A DNA stretch of 60,690 bases from an uncultured Candidatus Saccharibacteria bacterium (GTDB lineage: Bacteria; Patescibacteriota; Minisyncoccia; Phycocordibacterales; UBA9973): assembly GCA_964624665.1 (NCBI GenBank), contig CAZUZG010000002.1, positions 1-60,690 of the forward strand, in the 5' to 3' direction. Shown here piece by piece: positions 9,595-19,103 of the stretch (its first letter is position 1; each line of letters starts with the position of its first letter). The notes under the pieces were generated by a model, which had not been told where the DNA came from, made no database searches, and was given only the letters and a program-made list of their open reading frames with translations. The translations under genes and the position numbers were made by a program.

Positions 9595-10320
9595 ATGCAT
9601 TTTCTCTGGCAAAAATTTTTCTATACGCCGCTTTATAACGCCCTTATTTTTCTGGTTTCGCATATTCCCTGGCATGATGTCGGCTTGGCCGTTGTGGTTT
9701 TAACCATAGCTGTTAAATTTATTCTTCTGCCTCTTTCCAAAAAATCCATCGTGAGCCAGATCAAAATGAAAAAGCTCGAACCGGAACTCAAAAAAATAAA
9801 AGAAGAATTTAAAGACAAAAAAGAAGAACAGGCCAAGAGAACCATGGCTTTATATAAGGAAAATAATATCAATCCTTTTTCCGGTTTTCTCCTGATCTTA
9901 ATCCAATTGCCGATTATTTTTGCGCTTTATTTTGTTTTCTTAAAAGGCTTGAGTTTCGGTCAAAATGAATTGCTTTACCCTTTTATCAAGGCTCCAGAAA
10001 ATATCAACTTAAATTTTCTCGGCTTGATTGATATGCATAGCAAAAATCTGCTTCTCGCAGTACTTGCTGGTGTATCTCAGTTCATTCAGACCAAAATTAC
10101 CATGAGCTCTGCCAGCCAGCCGGATTCTAACGACAAGTCGTTTAAAAATGAGCTTATGAAAAGCATGAATCTTCAAATGCAGTATATTTTGCCAGTATTT
10201 ATAGGCTTTATCGCTTATCAGGTTTCAGCGGCGGTTGCCTTATATTGGCTGACCAGCAATCTCTTTTCTATTGGCCAGGAACTTTTTGTGATAAAAAAAA
10301 TCAGAGCAGAGCACGCTTAA
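9595..10320 (+). CDS. yidC: membrane protein insertase YidC (short form)
   Basis: 241 aa and polytopic. LPLSKKS...MKKLEPELKKIKEEFKDKKEEQ...YKENNINPFSG is the typical YidC/Oxa1 core. Confidence 0.9.
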   Translation: MHFLWQKFFYTPLYNALIFLVSHIPWHDVGLAVVVLTIAVKFILLPLSKKSIVSQIKMKKLEPELKKIKEEFKDKKEEQAKRTMALYKENNINPFSGFLLILIQLPIIFALYFVFLKGLSFGQNELLYPFIKAPENINLNFLGLIDMHSKNLLLAVLAGVSQFIQTKITMSSASQPDSNDKSFKNELMKSMNLQMQYILPVFIGFIAYQVSAAVALYWLTSNLFSIGQELFVIKKIRAEHA

Positions 10321-10329
10321 AAATTTCAA

Positions 10330-10818
10330 ATGAATCAGGATAAAATAAGAGAATTAATAACTACATTTGTAGGCAATACCCCTTTCAGCATTGATGATAT
10401 TAAAGTTGAAAAAGAAAACAGCGATGTTTTTTGGTGCCTTATTAAAACCAAAGAACCGCATTTTTTCATAGGCCGAGGCGGTGAGAATCTTTCTGCGTTC
10501 AATCATCTGATCCAAAGAATAGCTGAGAAATTGATCGAAAAAGAGAATGGATTTGATCCAGAAACGGCTTTATTAAACAGGTCAAAAATCGTTGTTGATG
10601 TCAATGGCTACCAAAAGAATAAAATAGAAGAGTTAAAAAGCTTGGCCCACACCCTCTCAGAAAGAGCCTTGTTTTTCAAAAACACTATTGAAACCGAACC
10701 GATGTCATCCTATGATAGGAGAATTATTCATGAATTTCTTCTCGGCAAAAACAATATTCAGACAGAATCTGCCGGAGTTGAGCCATATCGCCGCGTTATC
10801 ATAAAATACACAGCTTAA
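10330..10818 (+). CDS. jag: Jag/KhpB-like R3H RNA-binding protein
   Basis: Located downstream of yidC. It has a KH-like segment (FIGRGGENLSAFNHL) and an R3H motif (YDRRIIHEFL). Confidence 0.8.
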   Translation: MNQDKIRELITTFVGNTPFSIDDIKVEKENSDVFWCLIKTKEPHFFIGRGGENLSAFNHLIQRIAEKLIEKENGFDPETALLNRSKIVVDVNGYQKNKIEELKSLAHTLSERALFFKNTIETEPMSSYDRRIIHEFLLGKNNIQTESAGVEPYRRVIIKYTA

Positions 10819-12080
10819 AGCTTGATAGTCCAAAGAGTGGAATCTTTTTTATTTGTGAAAAATAAGTAATCTTCTTTCGGACTCAGAAACATTTTTATGC
10901 CATCGATATTTTGGCCCGTTAAAGAGCTCGGATCAGCTATTAAATTTGAAGTGTTATTTTTGATATCTATTCTCCAAAGAGAATCATTAAAAGATTCTAC
11001 GCCTTGATACCAGTCGTCAGGATAGTCGCCTGTTTGGATAAATTGCGGCACGGCACAGTAAATATTCTCGCTATTTAGAGACCAAGTGCATTTTTCAGGC
11101 AGAGTTTGAAGTCCTAGGTCGATCGAGGTTTTCTGGGCCGTGTCAAAAATTTTAAGCCTTAAATCGTTTCCGCTATATAATACTATTTTGCCGCTAGGGC
11201 TCATGAGGGTCGTCAGGCCTGGAATGCCGCCGAGAATTTTACTGAAAGATTTGGTTTGAGGATCAAGGCCATACAAAAAGCCATTGTATCTGGCGGAGGC
11301 CTTGGTATTTAAGGTTATCAGTCTTGGGTTTTGCCAGCTGGTCAGCCATTCAGAAAAGGCTGATTGGAATATTTGGGTTCTGTTTTCGTCGCCGGCTGAT
11401 AAATTGATGCCAGTTACGCCATCGCCAGATTCGAAAAGATAAAAGAGGTTTTTGGCATCCGAGGAAACGCTCAAATCTGTGATGTTTTGGCTTAAAAAGG
11501 AGCCTTTAAGCTCGGTCGAGGCATCACCTCCAATAATCTCTTTGGCGATATGGCTTAAAAAGCTCTCGATTGTCATATTGTCGTTTTTCAGATAGCGCAA
11601 AATTACGCTATCGCCGCCGTTAAAAAACATCGCTTCCTCGATTTTCGGTATGGTCGTGCTGGAAATTCTTTTTTCCTTGATTTCATCGACAAAAGTCTCG
11701 TAGATATTTCCGGTTATCTTGTCGACATAGCGCACAGCCAGCGCTTGTTCCGCGCCATTTTCTTTAATTCTATCTTTTATTACCGCCACGCTGCCGGCGA
11801 TCGGCATTTGGCTGATTTGCGTTATTTTCTGCGCAGTTTTACCGGTAATAACTTGGATCGGAGTTATTGTCGCTGTTTCCGGCATTTTGTTCTCACCTAG
11901 CGCGGGTGTTTCGTTTTGGGCTGCAGGTTTTTTGCTGCCCAAGGGAATAAATTCCCTAATTGTCGGACCGACTTGATCTAAGCCCCCTTTTTTCATTGAG
12001 ACATAGAAAATAAAGCTGAAGGCTGAAATGATCAGAACTGAAGCAACGGTTATTAAAATGATAAATTTTTTATTTTGCAT
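10815..12080 (-). CDS. membrane-anchored hypothetical protein, last gene of the T4SS-like cluster
   Basis: N-terminal TM segment (FIILITVASVLIISAFSFIFYV) followed by about 390 aa of beta-rich sequence. Its stop codon overlaps the jag stop. Confidence 0.6.
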   Translation of the reverse strand: MQNKKFIILITVASVLIISAFSFIFYVSMKKGGLDQVGPTIREFIPLGSKKPAAQNETPALGENKMPETATITPIQVITGKTAQKITQISQMPIAGSVAVIKDRIKENGAEQALAVRYVDKITGNIYETFVDEIKEKRISSTTIPKIEEAMFFNGGDSVILRYLKNDNMTIESFLSHIAKEIIGGDASTELKGSFLSQNITDLSVSSDAKNLFYLFESGDGVTGINLSAGDENRTQIFQSAFSEWLTSWQNPRLITLNTKASARYNGFLYGLDPQTKSFSKILGGIPGLTTLMSPSGKIVLYSGNDLRLKIFDTAQKTSIDLGLQTLPEKCTWSLNSENIYCAVPQFIQTGDYPDDWYQGVESFNDSLWRIDIKNNTSNLIADPSSLTGQNIDGIKMFLSPKEDYLFFTNKKDSTLWTIKL

Positions 12081-12083
12081 AAA

Positions 12084-13763
12084 TTATTGAATGTGCCAAT
12101 GTTTACCCGACGTTGCAGGTGTTTGGTCGGGTGTTTCAGCTAAAAATCTTAAACCATTTTTTACATATACTTTGCCGTCGTTTGGGAATGCATTGCCAAT
12201 ATCAACTCCCGCTTTATTTTTTCCTCCGGTTATATATTTATTTAAAACAGGATCCTCTCTTGCATCAAAAACCCCGCTGCCTGGCACATGAGCCGTAGTG
12301 CTTGCATTGTGCAACCAGCATTCTGTTCCACCGCTTATTGTTATATGGTTTTTACATTGAGGACATTTGCTAAGCAGGCTTAATATTTTATCGGTCTTAA
12401 AGCCGTCAAGACTTGTACAGTGTTGGCTGCCGACCTTTTGACAGTTCGCAGCATTAACTGTTACCCCTTTTGTTGCCAGGTCGGCTCTAATCACCGCATC
12501 CTGAAGATTTAGAGCGTTAATATCTGGGGTCGGCCAATTTGCTCCATTTGTAAATTTTTTACAAACCAAACCGCCAATTGGAACTTGGGGCGTATCTTGA
12601 GCAGTGCTTTCCAGGGTGACAATAAGGGGGTCTGCTGGCGTGATTCCAATATTGAGGCTCAGCAAATCCGGATTGATTGTATTTAAAATAATCCAAGAAC
12701 CGAGAGCGAGGATTAGGCCCAAGATCGCATTTTTTATTCTTGATCTGCCGTCCTCTTTAGAATTTATGGCTTCAGCCGACATGTATTGTATGCCTCCTAT
12801 AACGATCATGACAACAGACAGGATGCCGGCTATGCCGATCAAGAGCTTGAAAACAACCTTGAGATAATCGGCGATTTTATTGGCCTTGGTATCAAAAATG
12901 GCTCCAAATCCAGGTATTGGGGCCAACAGTGTATATTTGCCGTCATATCCCGTTGTTTCAGCTGAGCCAACTCCGCTGATATTTTGGGCTTCTTCGGCCA
13001 CAAAGCTCATTTCGATACCCTTGTCGTCCCCTTCTGAATTTCTGGCCAGAGCATAAAATCTGTAGGTGTGTCCTTTAATTAAATTTTGAATTGGCGCGCT
13101 GAAATTCCCATCTGTTGTTACAGTGGCCTCCGAGGTCGAAACAATCTGAGGCGGTATGCCATAGTTTACCTGCTGAGCAGATACAGAATTCATATCATAA
13201 TATTCGAAATAAACCTTGGCTGAGACATCTTTTATTTCAACTTTTCCATTTAGTTTTGCCGAAGTTTCGGTAATGTCTGTGGGTGGCAGTGTCGTAACCT
13301 CTGGTTTTGTCGTATTCGGGTCATCTGCCGTGAAACTCCTCGCATTATTGATATCGTCGCAAGCTTGACCGAAAGAATTTTTGGCGCAAAAAACATATTT
13401 ATAGACATGGCCTTTTATTAGATTTGAAATCGGCGTCAAAACCAGGCCATTTGAAGTTCTTGTTGTTTTCTGTGTTTCGGTTGGAGAAAGCACCATGCTA
13501 AATGGATGAGGTATGTTGGTGTAGTCATAATATTTAAACCAGATTTCGGCCGAATTGTCATTCATGGTCACATTTCCCTGCAGGACAGCTGAAATATCAA
13601 GTATCTTGAAAGGGTTTAAATTTTTTACGACCGGTTTTGCGCCTGCTGGAGTAAACACGCTTTCATTTTGAACCAATTGCGCCGAGGAAATAGAAGGAAT
13701 TATTAAAATCAATAAAATAAAGATTTTAAGAAAATATTGAATTTTGTTTTTTTGAAAAATCAT
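12084..13763 (-). CDS. FN3-like x2 / T4SS-pilin-like / putative zinc peptidase fusion protein
   Basis: Signal peptide and two about 100-aa modules ending NLIKGHVYKY and NLIKGHTYRFYA. A double-TM segment LIGIAGILSVVMIVIGGIQYM...AILGLILALGSWIILNTINP resembles TrbC/VirB2-type pilins. The C-terminus carries SGGTE..H....TAHVPGSGVFD...HWH. Confidence 0.6.
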   Translation of the reverse strand: MIFQKNKIQYFLKIFILLILIIPSISSAQLVQNESVFTPAGAKPVVKNLNPFKILDISAVLQGNVTMNDNSAEIWFKYYDYTNIPHPFSMVLSPTETQKTTRTSNGLVLTPISNLIKGHVYKYVFCAKNSFGQACDDINNARSFTADDPNTTKPEVTTLPPTDITETSAKLNGKVEIKDVSAKVYFEYYDMNSVSAQQVNYGIPPQIVSTSEATVTTDGNFSAPIQNLIKGHTYRFYALARNSEGDDKGIEMSFVAEEAQNISGVGSAETTGYDGKYTLLAPIPGFGAIFDTKANKIADYLKVVFKLLIGIAGILSVVMIVIGGIQYMSAEAINSKEDGRSRIKNAILGLILALGSWIILNTINPDLLSLNIGITPADPLIVTLESTAQDTPQVPIGGLVCKKFTNGANWPTPDINALNLQDAVIRADLATKGVTVNAANCQKVGSQHCTSLDGFKTDKILSLLSKCPQCKNHITISGGTECWLHNASTTAHVPGSGVFDAREDPVLNKYITGGKNKAGVDIGNAFPNDGKVYVKNGLRFLAETPDQTPATSGKHWHIQ

Positions 13764-13765
13764 TT

Positions 13766-14761
13766 TTAAAAATTGATATTTAAATCGACTGAAGATTTTT
13801 GGAATAATTTTGACGCATTTTCTACAACTATGCCGATATTGGCGTTTCCGCCGCTATTTTTATCCAACGTTATTGATAGTTCGTTTATATTTGAAGTATT
13901 TGTCCTTTTTCCATTTATAGACCAATCATACTTTAAATTATTGATATTCTTGTTGTCTGCTGAAAAAAAGTAGGGTTCGGCGGCTATGGTTGTTGGTTCG
14001 TTCAAATCTAAAAAACTGCTCAGCGTATTTTCATGTTTTATGCCAAAGAAAGGATCTTTTTTGTAAAGAAGTATTTTTGGCTGGCCGGGCGTGATCGATA
14101 CATTCCCCTCGGCTGTATTGCCGGCGCTGAGAGAGGAAATAGCCACGCCGATATTGTCGACCGTATCCAAATAGCTGTTTTTATAAATAAATGAATTTTT
14201 GCCGAAACCAGAGGCGTTTTGGACCGGATCATAGCCTTTTTTCCATTTGAAAGAAAAATCATTTTCTTTCAATCTGACTCCATCGGCATTCTTGATGTTT
14301 GGAATGGCGACGACTTTTATCTTGCTCTCAGACACAGGCAGGGCTTTGCCACGGTAAAATCTCGGCACATAAGAATCGACAGCCTGCCAAAGCAGATCGA
14401 CTTCGCCCGGCTGGATAATGACCCTCTTGCTTAAAGCTGGCACACCGCCAAGGCTGACATCTACATCAACAGTCGACGGATTGCCGGTTTCGTTTGTGCG
14501 GAAAGAGAAATTTTTCTTGCCAACGCCTCTCAGCTCCAGTCGGCCGTCGAGCGTCCAAGAAATATCAGCCTTGTCCAAGTCGGATGAAAAGCTCGAAACT
14601 GAGACATTTACATTTTGGAGCGGTTTTGGAATTTTGGGGGTTATATCGATGGAGATGTCGGCCTTGCTTGATTGAGCTGACGCAAAAAATGGCGCGATTA
14701 AAAACATTAAAACAAAAATATTTATGTATAATGCTTTAATTTTAAAAAATTCTTTTGGCAT
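13766..14761 (-). CDS. secreted hypothetical protein (331 aa)
   Basis: Signal peptide LMFLIAPFFASA. Tightly packed in the cluster, with 2-nt and 4-nt gaps to its neighbours. Confidence 0.6.
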   Translation of the reverse strand: MPKEFFKIKALYINIFVLMFLIAPFFASAQSSKADISIDITPKIPKPLQNVNVSVSSFSSDLDKADISWTLDGRLELRGVGKKNFSFRTNETGNPSTVDVDVSLGGVPALSKRVIIQPGEVDLLWQAVDSYVPRFYRGKALPVSESKIKVVAIPNIKNADGVRLKENDFSFKWKKGYDPVQNASGFGKNSFIYKNSYLDTVDNIGVAISSLSAGNTAEGNVSITPGQPKILLYKKDPFFGIKHENTLSSFLDLNEPTTIAAEPYFFSADNKNINNLKYDWSINGKRTNTSNINELSITLDKNSGGNANIGIVVENASKLFQKSSVDLNINF

Positions 14762-14765
14762 TTTT

Positions 14766-15203
14766 CTAATTATTCAAGTTTTTCAACCTGTCCTCGAGGA
14801 TTTTTATTTTTTCCTCTATCATCTTTTTTGAATCTTCAAAGTTGGTGATTTCGCCTATTTGTTGGTCGATCTCTTTGTCCATTTCCTTTAATTCATTGAT
14901 TTTTTTAAGCTCGTTTTCAATCTTGTCTTTTAGGTCTTTCAATTCAGTCAGCTCTTTTTTGATTTTATCCTCTCTTTCATTAATGTCTTCACTAACCTCT
15001 TTTTTGACCTGTTCCAGCATTTTCAGCTTATCGCCCAAATCATCCTTGGAAGAAATTTCCCTTTTGTATTTTTCTTCAAGCTGTTTTATTTCTTCCGCCA
15101 GGTCAGGTTTCGGAGCGCCGGACACCGGAGTTTGAGCTGGATTTGCTTTCGGCAAATCCAAATCTATGTCAGTTGAAGTATTTTTTTGTTCGTTGTCTGG
15201 CAT
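14766..15203 (-). CDS. acidic/lysine-rich coiled-coil protein (145 aa)
   Basis: Heptad-like K/E-rich sequence throughout. Lies immediately downstream of virB4. Confidence 0.55.
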   Translation of the reverse strand: MPDNEQKNTSTDIDLDLPKANPAQTPVSGAPKPDLAEEIKQLEEKYKREISSKDDLGDKLKMLEQVKKEVSEDINEREDKIKKELTELKDLKDKIENELKKINELKEMDKEIDQQIGEITNFEDSKKMIEEKIKILEDRLKNLNN

Positions 15204-15248
15204 GGCCTAATTATAGCATTAAGGCCGGCCAATTAGAAATTAAACCTT

Positions 15249-17351
15249 TTATTCAATGGTTTTTTTGATTTGGTCTTCCAGGGAAGAGATTTCCTTTTCA
15301 AACATATCCAATTCTTCCAAGCTCAAGGAACCCTCAAGTATTTTTCTGGTTTTTTCCTCTTTCGTTGAAGCAATTTCCGGTTTTTCGCCTTTGGCCACGC
15401 CTGGTTCCAGTATGGTCTGGTCGATTTTCGGCCGGATTTCGATTTTTTGCTCCACTTCTGTTCTTCTTAAAAATTCTCTTTCCGCCTCTTCGGCTTTGGC
15501 CAAGAGCGTTTTTGTTTCGGTTTTGGGAATTTCTTCTGCTTGAGTTATGGTTAATTTGGCTTTTTGGGCATTTAAGATTTGCGCTGGATCGGAGGTGATG
15601 ATTTGGTCTTCGGTATAGGAGGCGATGATTTTAATCGCCACATGCTTTAAGCCGGCAAAAAATATGCCCTCGCCGATATTTGATTCCAAAAGGAGATATT
15701 TCTCTTCATCAGTCAGGTTGAATGTTTTTTGCAAGGTATCTATCGTGCTCGGTGATTGTTTTAGGAGGAGTTGAATGGAAGAGTTGGTGACGATCGGCAC
15801 GCCGTACGGAGATTTCATGAAGTCGCCGACATCTTGAGTGATGGTGCAAAGGCCGAGATAATATTTTCGGCCGCGCTTGGCGATAGAATAAAGAAATGAA
15901 GCGGTATCTTCGGATTTCATCATCCACCAGGCCTCATCGACAACCAGCAATCTTTTCTTGATATCTTTTCTAACGGCATTCCAAATGAAGTGCGTGACGA
16001 TATACATGGCGACCGGCTTCAATTCATCTTCCATGTCGCGCACGGAGAAAACCACGAATTTTTTATTGATATCGACATTGGAAGGCCGATTGATGAATCC
16101 GGCCCAAGTGCCCTTGGTGTATTTGGATAATTTCTGGACGATAGAATCGCTGCCTTCCATGCCGGAAAGAACCATTTCAAAATCAGAAAGGAGCGGCGGT
16201 TCGATATTTGAAAAATCGGAGTTTGGAGTTATGTCTTTCAAGGCATAGGTTTCTGAAATTGCCCGGTCGACGATCGCATCCTCTTCCGGGGTCAGGCCGC
16301 CCAGCATCAGCCTGAAAAGGCCGACCAGATTGATGATATTTGATCTCAAGACATCGGCAGCCGTTTCGTCTTCTCTGGGTATTGGCAGGTCAAACGGATT
16401 GATGTGATGCTGGGAAGAAAGCGAGATGTTGAAATATCGTCCGCCAACCGATTCGGCCAAGTATTCATATTCTTTTTCCGGATCGATCACGATAACGCTT
16501 GTATCGAACATCAGCGTTCTTAGAATTTCCAGCTTGGTCGCATATGATTTGCCGGCGCCAGATTTGGCAAAAATAATGGAATTATAGTTTTCCAGCGAGA
16601 AGCGGTCGAAAATCACCAAGCTGGAATTATGCCGATTGACGCCATATAAAATGCCTTTTTCAGAAGTCAGGTCGAAAGAAATAAATGGAAAGATGCTTGA
16701 AAGCGGTTCAGAGTTTAGTTTCTGATGAACATTGAGCAGATCATTGCCGAGCGGGATCGTGCTTTTAAAGCCATCTTCCTGCTGAAACAGGGCCGGTTTT
16801 ATATAGACCAATTTAGACTCCAAAATCGATCTGATTTCAGTTTCTATTTTATAAAGCTCATTTTCATTTTCAGCGTAGATGGTGATGTAAAGACCGACTT
16901 CAAAAAGCTTTTCCTGGGCTTGCTGGAGATCATCACGCAATGATTCAAGATCGCGATAAGCGGTGTCGAGTATCGGATCTCTGACCAAGCCTCTTTCCTC
17001 CCTGGCATTGATCTGGCTTTGGACCTCGGCAACTTTTTTTTGAAAGGCCTTTAAAACTTTCACTGTATTGACCGGGTGGATAAAAATCGAGACATCAAAT
17101 ATTTTATCCAGATTGATGATCGGCGAGAACCAATTGTCCGTCAAAAAACGCGGATAGGAGATTATGAAAAAGCTTCGGACTATTTTTTCTCCCAGATTTA
17201 ATGATTTGGATTCGATCTTGAGGGCCGACGGAGCGATGATGTCCTGCAGTTCCAGTGTGGCGGCCTGATAGATTTCTTCAGGCAGGATCGGCAAAACCGA
17301 CTTCTCCTCAGCTGTCTTTTTTTTGCCGAAAATTTTGTCAAAAATTGCCAT
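15249..17351 (-). CDS. virB4: VirB4/TraC-family type IV secretion ATPase
   Basis: Walker A FAKSGAGKSYATK and Walker B LLVVDEAWWMM, plus a GLCTITQ sensor-like motif. Start is set at MAIFDK (ATG 17351), 1 nt after the upstream gene's stop. Confidence 0.9.
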   Translation of the reverse strand: MAIFDKIFGKKKTAEEKSVLPILPEEIYQAATLELQDIIAPSALKIESKSLNLGEKIVRSFFIISYPRFLTDNWFSPIINLDKIFDVSIFIHPVNTVKVLKAFQKKVAEVQSQINAREERGLVRDPILDTAYRDLESLRDDLQQAQEKLFEVGLYITIYAENENELYKIETEIRSILESKLVYIKPALFQQEDGFKSTIPLGNDLLNVHQKLNSEPLSSIFPFISFDLTSEKGILYGVNRHNSSLVIFDRFSLENYNSIIFAKSGAGKSYATKLEILRTLMFDTSVIVIDPEKEYEYLAESVGGRYFNISLSSQHHINPFDLPIPREDETAADVLRSNIINLVGLFRLMLGGLTPEEDAIVDRAISETYALKDITPNSDFSNIEPPLLSDFEMVLSGMEGSDSIVQKLSKYTKGTWAGFINRPSNVDINKKFVVFSVRDMEDELKPVAMYIVTHFIWNAVRKDIKKRLLVVDEAWWMMKSEDTASFLYSIAKRGRKYYLGLCTITQDVGDFMKSPYGVPIVTNSSIQLLLKQSPSTIDTLQKTFNLTDEEKYLLLESNIGEGIFFAGLKHVAIKIIASYTEDQIITSDPAQILNAQKAKLTITQAEEIPKTETKTLLAKAEEAEREFLRRTEVEQKIEIRPKIDQTILEPGVAKGEKPEIASTKEEKTRKILEGSLSLEELDMFEKEISSLEDQIKKTIE

Positions 17352-17352
17352 A

Positions 17353-17997
17353 TTATTCTTTAACCGAGCCGGAAGTTTCGCCCGGGTTGAAAATCTTATA
17401 AAATAATTCAACGACCTCCTCCGTGCCGAGCTTCACTACGCGTATGCCCATGCGTGAAAGGCCTTGTTCGATGATGCCGACTCTTTGTTCCAGCTGAGTT
17501 CTTTTTTCTTCAAAGCTCAGAGTTTCCTCGCCTTTTTTTTCTTCAGCCGTCTTCTTTTTGCCAAATAGGCCGCTTAAAGAACCGAGCACTCCGCCACCGC
17601 TGAGCGGTGCGGCAGAATAAGGCACGACAACAAAAAAGTTTTTCGTCATGATGTTTACGGATTCATTGAAATTCCTGATGAAATCGATATATTCCCTGGT
17701 CTGGACTTTGAGCAATGGCTCTTCAATCTCTCGCAGGCGATTTTCGAGAAGCGTCAGATATGGCCGGATATCGAGCCTGCGGGATTGGATGCAGATCTCA
17801 ACTGAGAAATCCAAGGAATTTAAAAAAGATTGGAATTGCAAAATGACCGCTTTCTGCTCTTCGAAAGATTTGAGCGACAAGTTTATCGAAGAAGCGAGCA
17901 AGATCGCTCTCATGCCGCCGTCTTTCAATATCACGATTCCGTCGCGAACTTCTTTGATCGGCACAAATTCCTGGGCCGGTGTCGCATTTAAAGCCAT
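17353..17997 (-). CDS. T4SS-associated protein resembling a stand-alone VirB4 N-terminal domain
   Basis: Start at MALNATPAQEFVPIKEVRDGIVILKDGG. By eye the layout parallels the N-domain of the downstream VirB4, and it shares the peptide FGKKKTAEEK with the VirB4 N-terminus. Confidence 0.55.
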   Translation of the reverse strand: MALNATPAQEFVPIKEVRDGIVILKDGGMRAILLASSINLSLKSFEEQKAVILQFQSFLNSLDFSVEICIQSRRLDIRPYLTLLENRLREIEEPLLKVQTREYIDFIRNFNESVNIMTKNFFVVVPYSAAPLSGGGVLGSLSGLFGKKKTAEEKKGEETLSFEEKRTQLEQRVGIIEQGLSRMGIRVVKLGTEEVVELFYKIFNPGETSGSVKE

Positions 17998-18038
17998 AAT
18001 TTGATTATATAATATATGACTGCTAATTTCTAATCGCC

Positions 18039-18446
18039 CTATTTTCTTTTCATATCGAGAACATCCAAACTCCAAGAAATATCTTTCAATTTGCCTTCGG
18101 TCAGTCTTGGCGCATAGGTGATTTCCGGCTTTTTTATTTCCTCAACCTTTTTGGCTTCTTTTTTGCCGGTTTTCTTTTGCCAGACATAGAGTTTGGTCTG
18201 GGTCATGTAAGTCAAAAAAGCCTGCATTATGTTTATAAAAGGCTTTTCGTTGACTCGAATAAAAGTCAGAGCAGCTGCCAAGCTGATGACTGGCACGATA
18301 AATATTACAGCCAGGTAAAACGGCAAAGTCCTGTATAAGACATATGCAATGCCCGCGCCGCCGGCCATATAGGCGAATTGCTTGAAGGTGAAAGGTCCGA
18401 AAATTTTATCTTCAATGTCTATAAATTGTGGTACTCGAAATCTCAT
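18039..18446 (-). CDS. PrgI-family (VirB3-like) membrane protein
   Basis: MRFRVPQFIDIEDKIFGPFTFKQFAYMAGGAGIAYVL followed by two TM helices. This pattern is typical of PrgI/TcpE-type VirB3 analogues of monoderm T4SS. Confidence 0.6.
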   Translation of the reverse strand: MRFRVPQFIDIEDKIFGPFTFKQFAYMAGGAGIAYVLYRTLPFYLAVIFIVPVISLAAALTFIRVNEKPFINIMQAFLTYMTQTKLYVWQKKTGKKEAKKVEEIKKPEITYAPRLTEGKLKDISWSLDVLDMKRK

Positions 18447-18451
18447 GATTT

Positions 18452-19087
18452 TTATATAGGCCTCTCCCTATAAGGGTCGATTTTTGGGGCGTTTGCGGTT
18501 TCTTCCTTTGCCTCGCCAGAGCCTGGGGCGGCGGCGGGTTTCATGATGGAATAATCGGTCTCAACTTTTGGCAAGCTGAAATTGCCGGCCATTTTATCGC
18601 TGACGATTTTGATCGACTCTGTTCTCGGCGGGTTTTCGATGGCGCGGAGCAAATCTTCTCTTGCCATGCCATAGCCTTGGGCGTCGGCAGGTCTGGTTTC
18701 TTCATGAACTGAATCAACTGTAGACATTTCCTCTTCGGTGGTTTCTAGGTTGGCATCTTTGAATTCCTCGTCATAAATTTTTACCAATGCCTCTCTGATT
18801 GGCCTGAAGATCATTTCATTGCTGTCATTTACAATGGTTTTAATTTTGTCATCTGGCAGGCCCAGTCTTGATTTGATTTGATTTATAAAATCATCCGGAT
18901 AAACCAAGCCGATTATTACAAGAAAGATCTCATCTTGCAGGGTTGCTAATTTGTCGACATGCAGAGAGTTTTTCTGGCCGATTTCTTGAACTTTACTTTC
19001 CCAATCGAAAGATGCGACTGCTTGCCTGATTTCAGGCGGCAATTTGGCGAATTGTTCTTTGATTAAATTTTCTGTTTCATTTTCCAT
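18452..19087 (-). CDS. hypothetical protein (211 aa)
   Basis: ATG-initiated ORF lying 5 nt upstream of the prgI-like gene's start codon on the coding strand and 16 nt after the virB6-like stop. No recognised motif. Confidence 0.55.
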   Translation of the reverse strand: MENETENLIKEQFAKLPPEIRQAVASFDWESKVQEIGQKNSLHVDKLATLQDEIFLVIIGLVYPDDFINQIKSRLGLPDDKIKTIVNDSNEMIFRPIREALVKIYDEEFKDANLETTEEEMSTVDSVHEETRPADAQGYGMAREDLLRAIENPPRTESIKIVSDKMAGNFSLPKVETDYSIMKPAAAPGSGEAKEETANAPKIDPYRERPI

Positions 19088-19103
19088 TTTATTTTAAGAT
19101 TTA

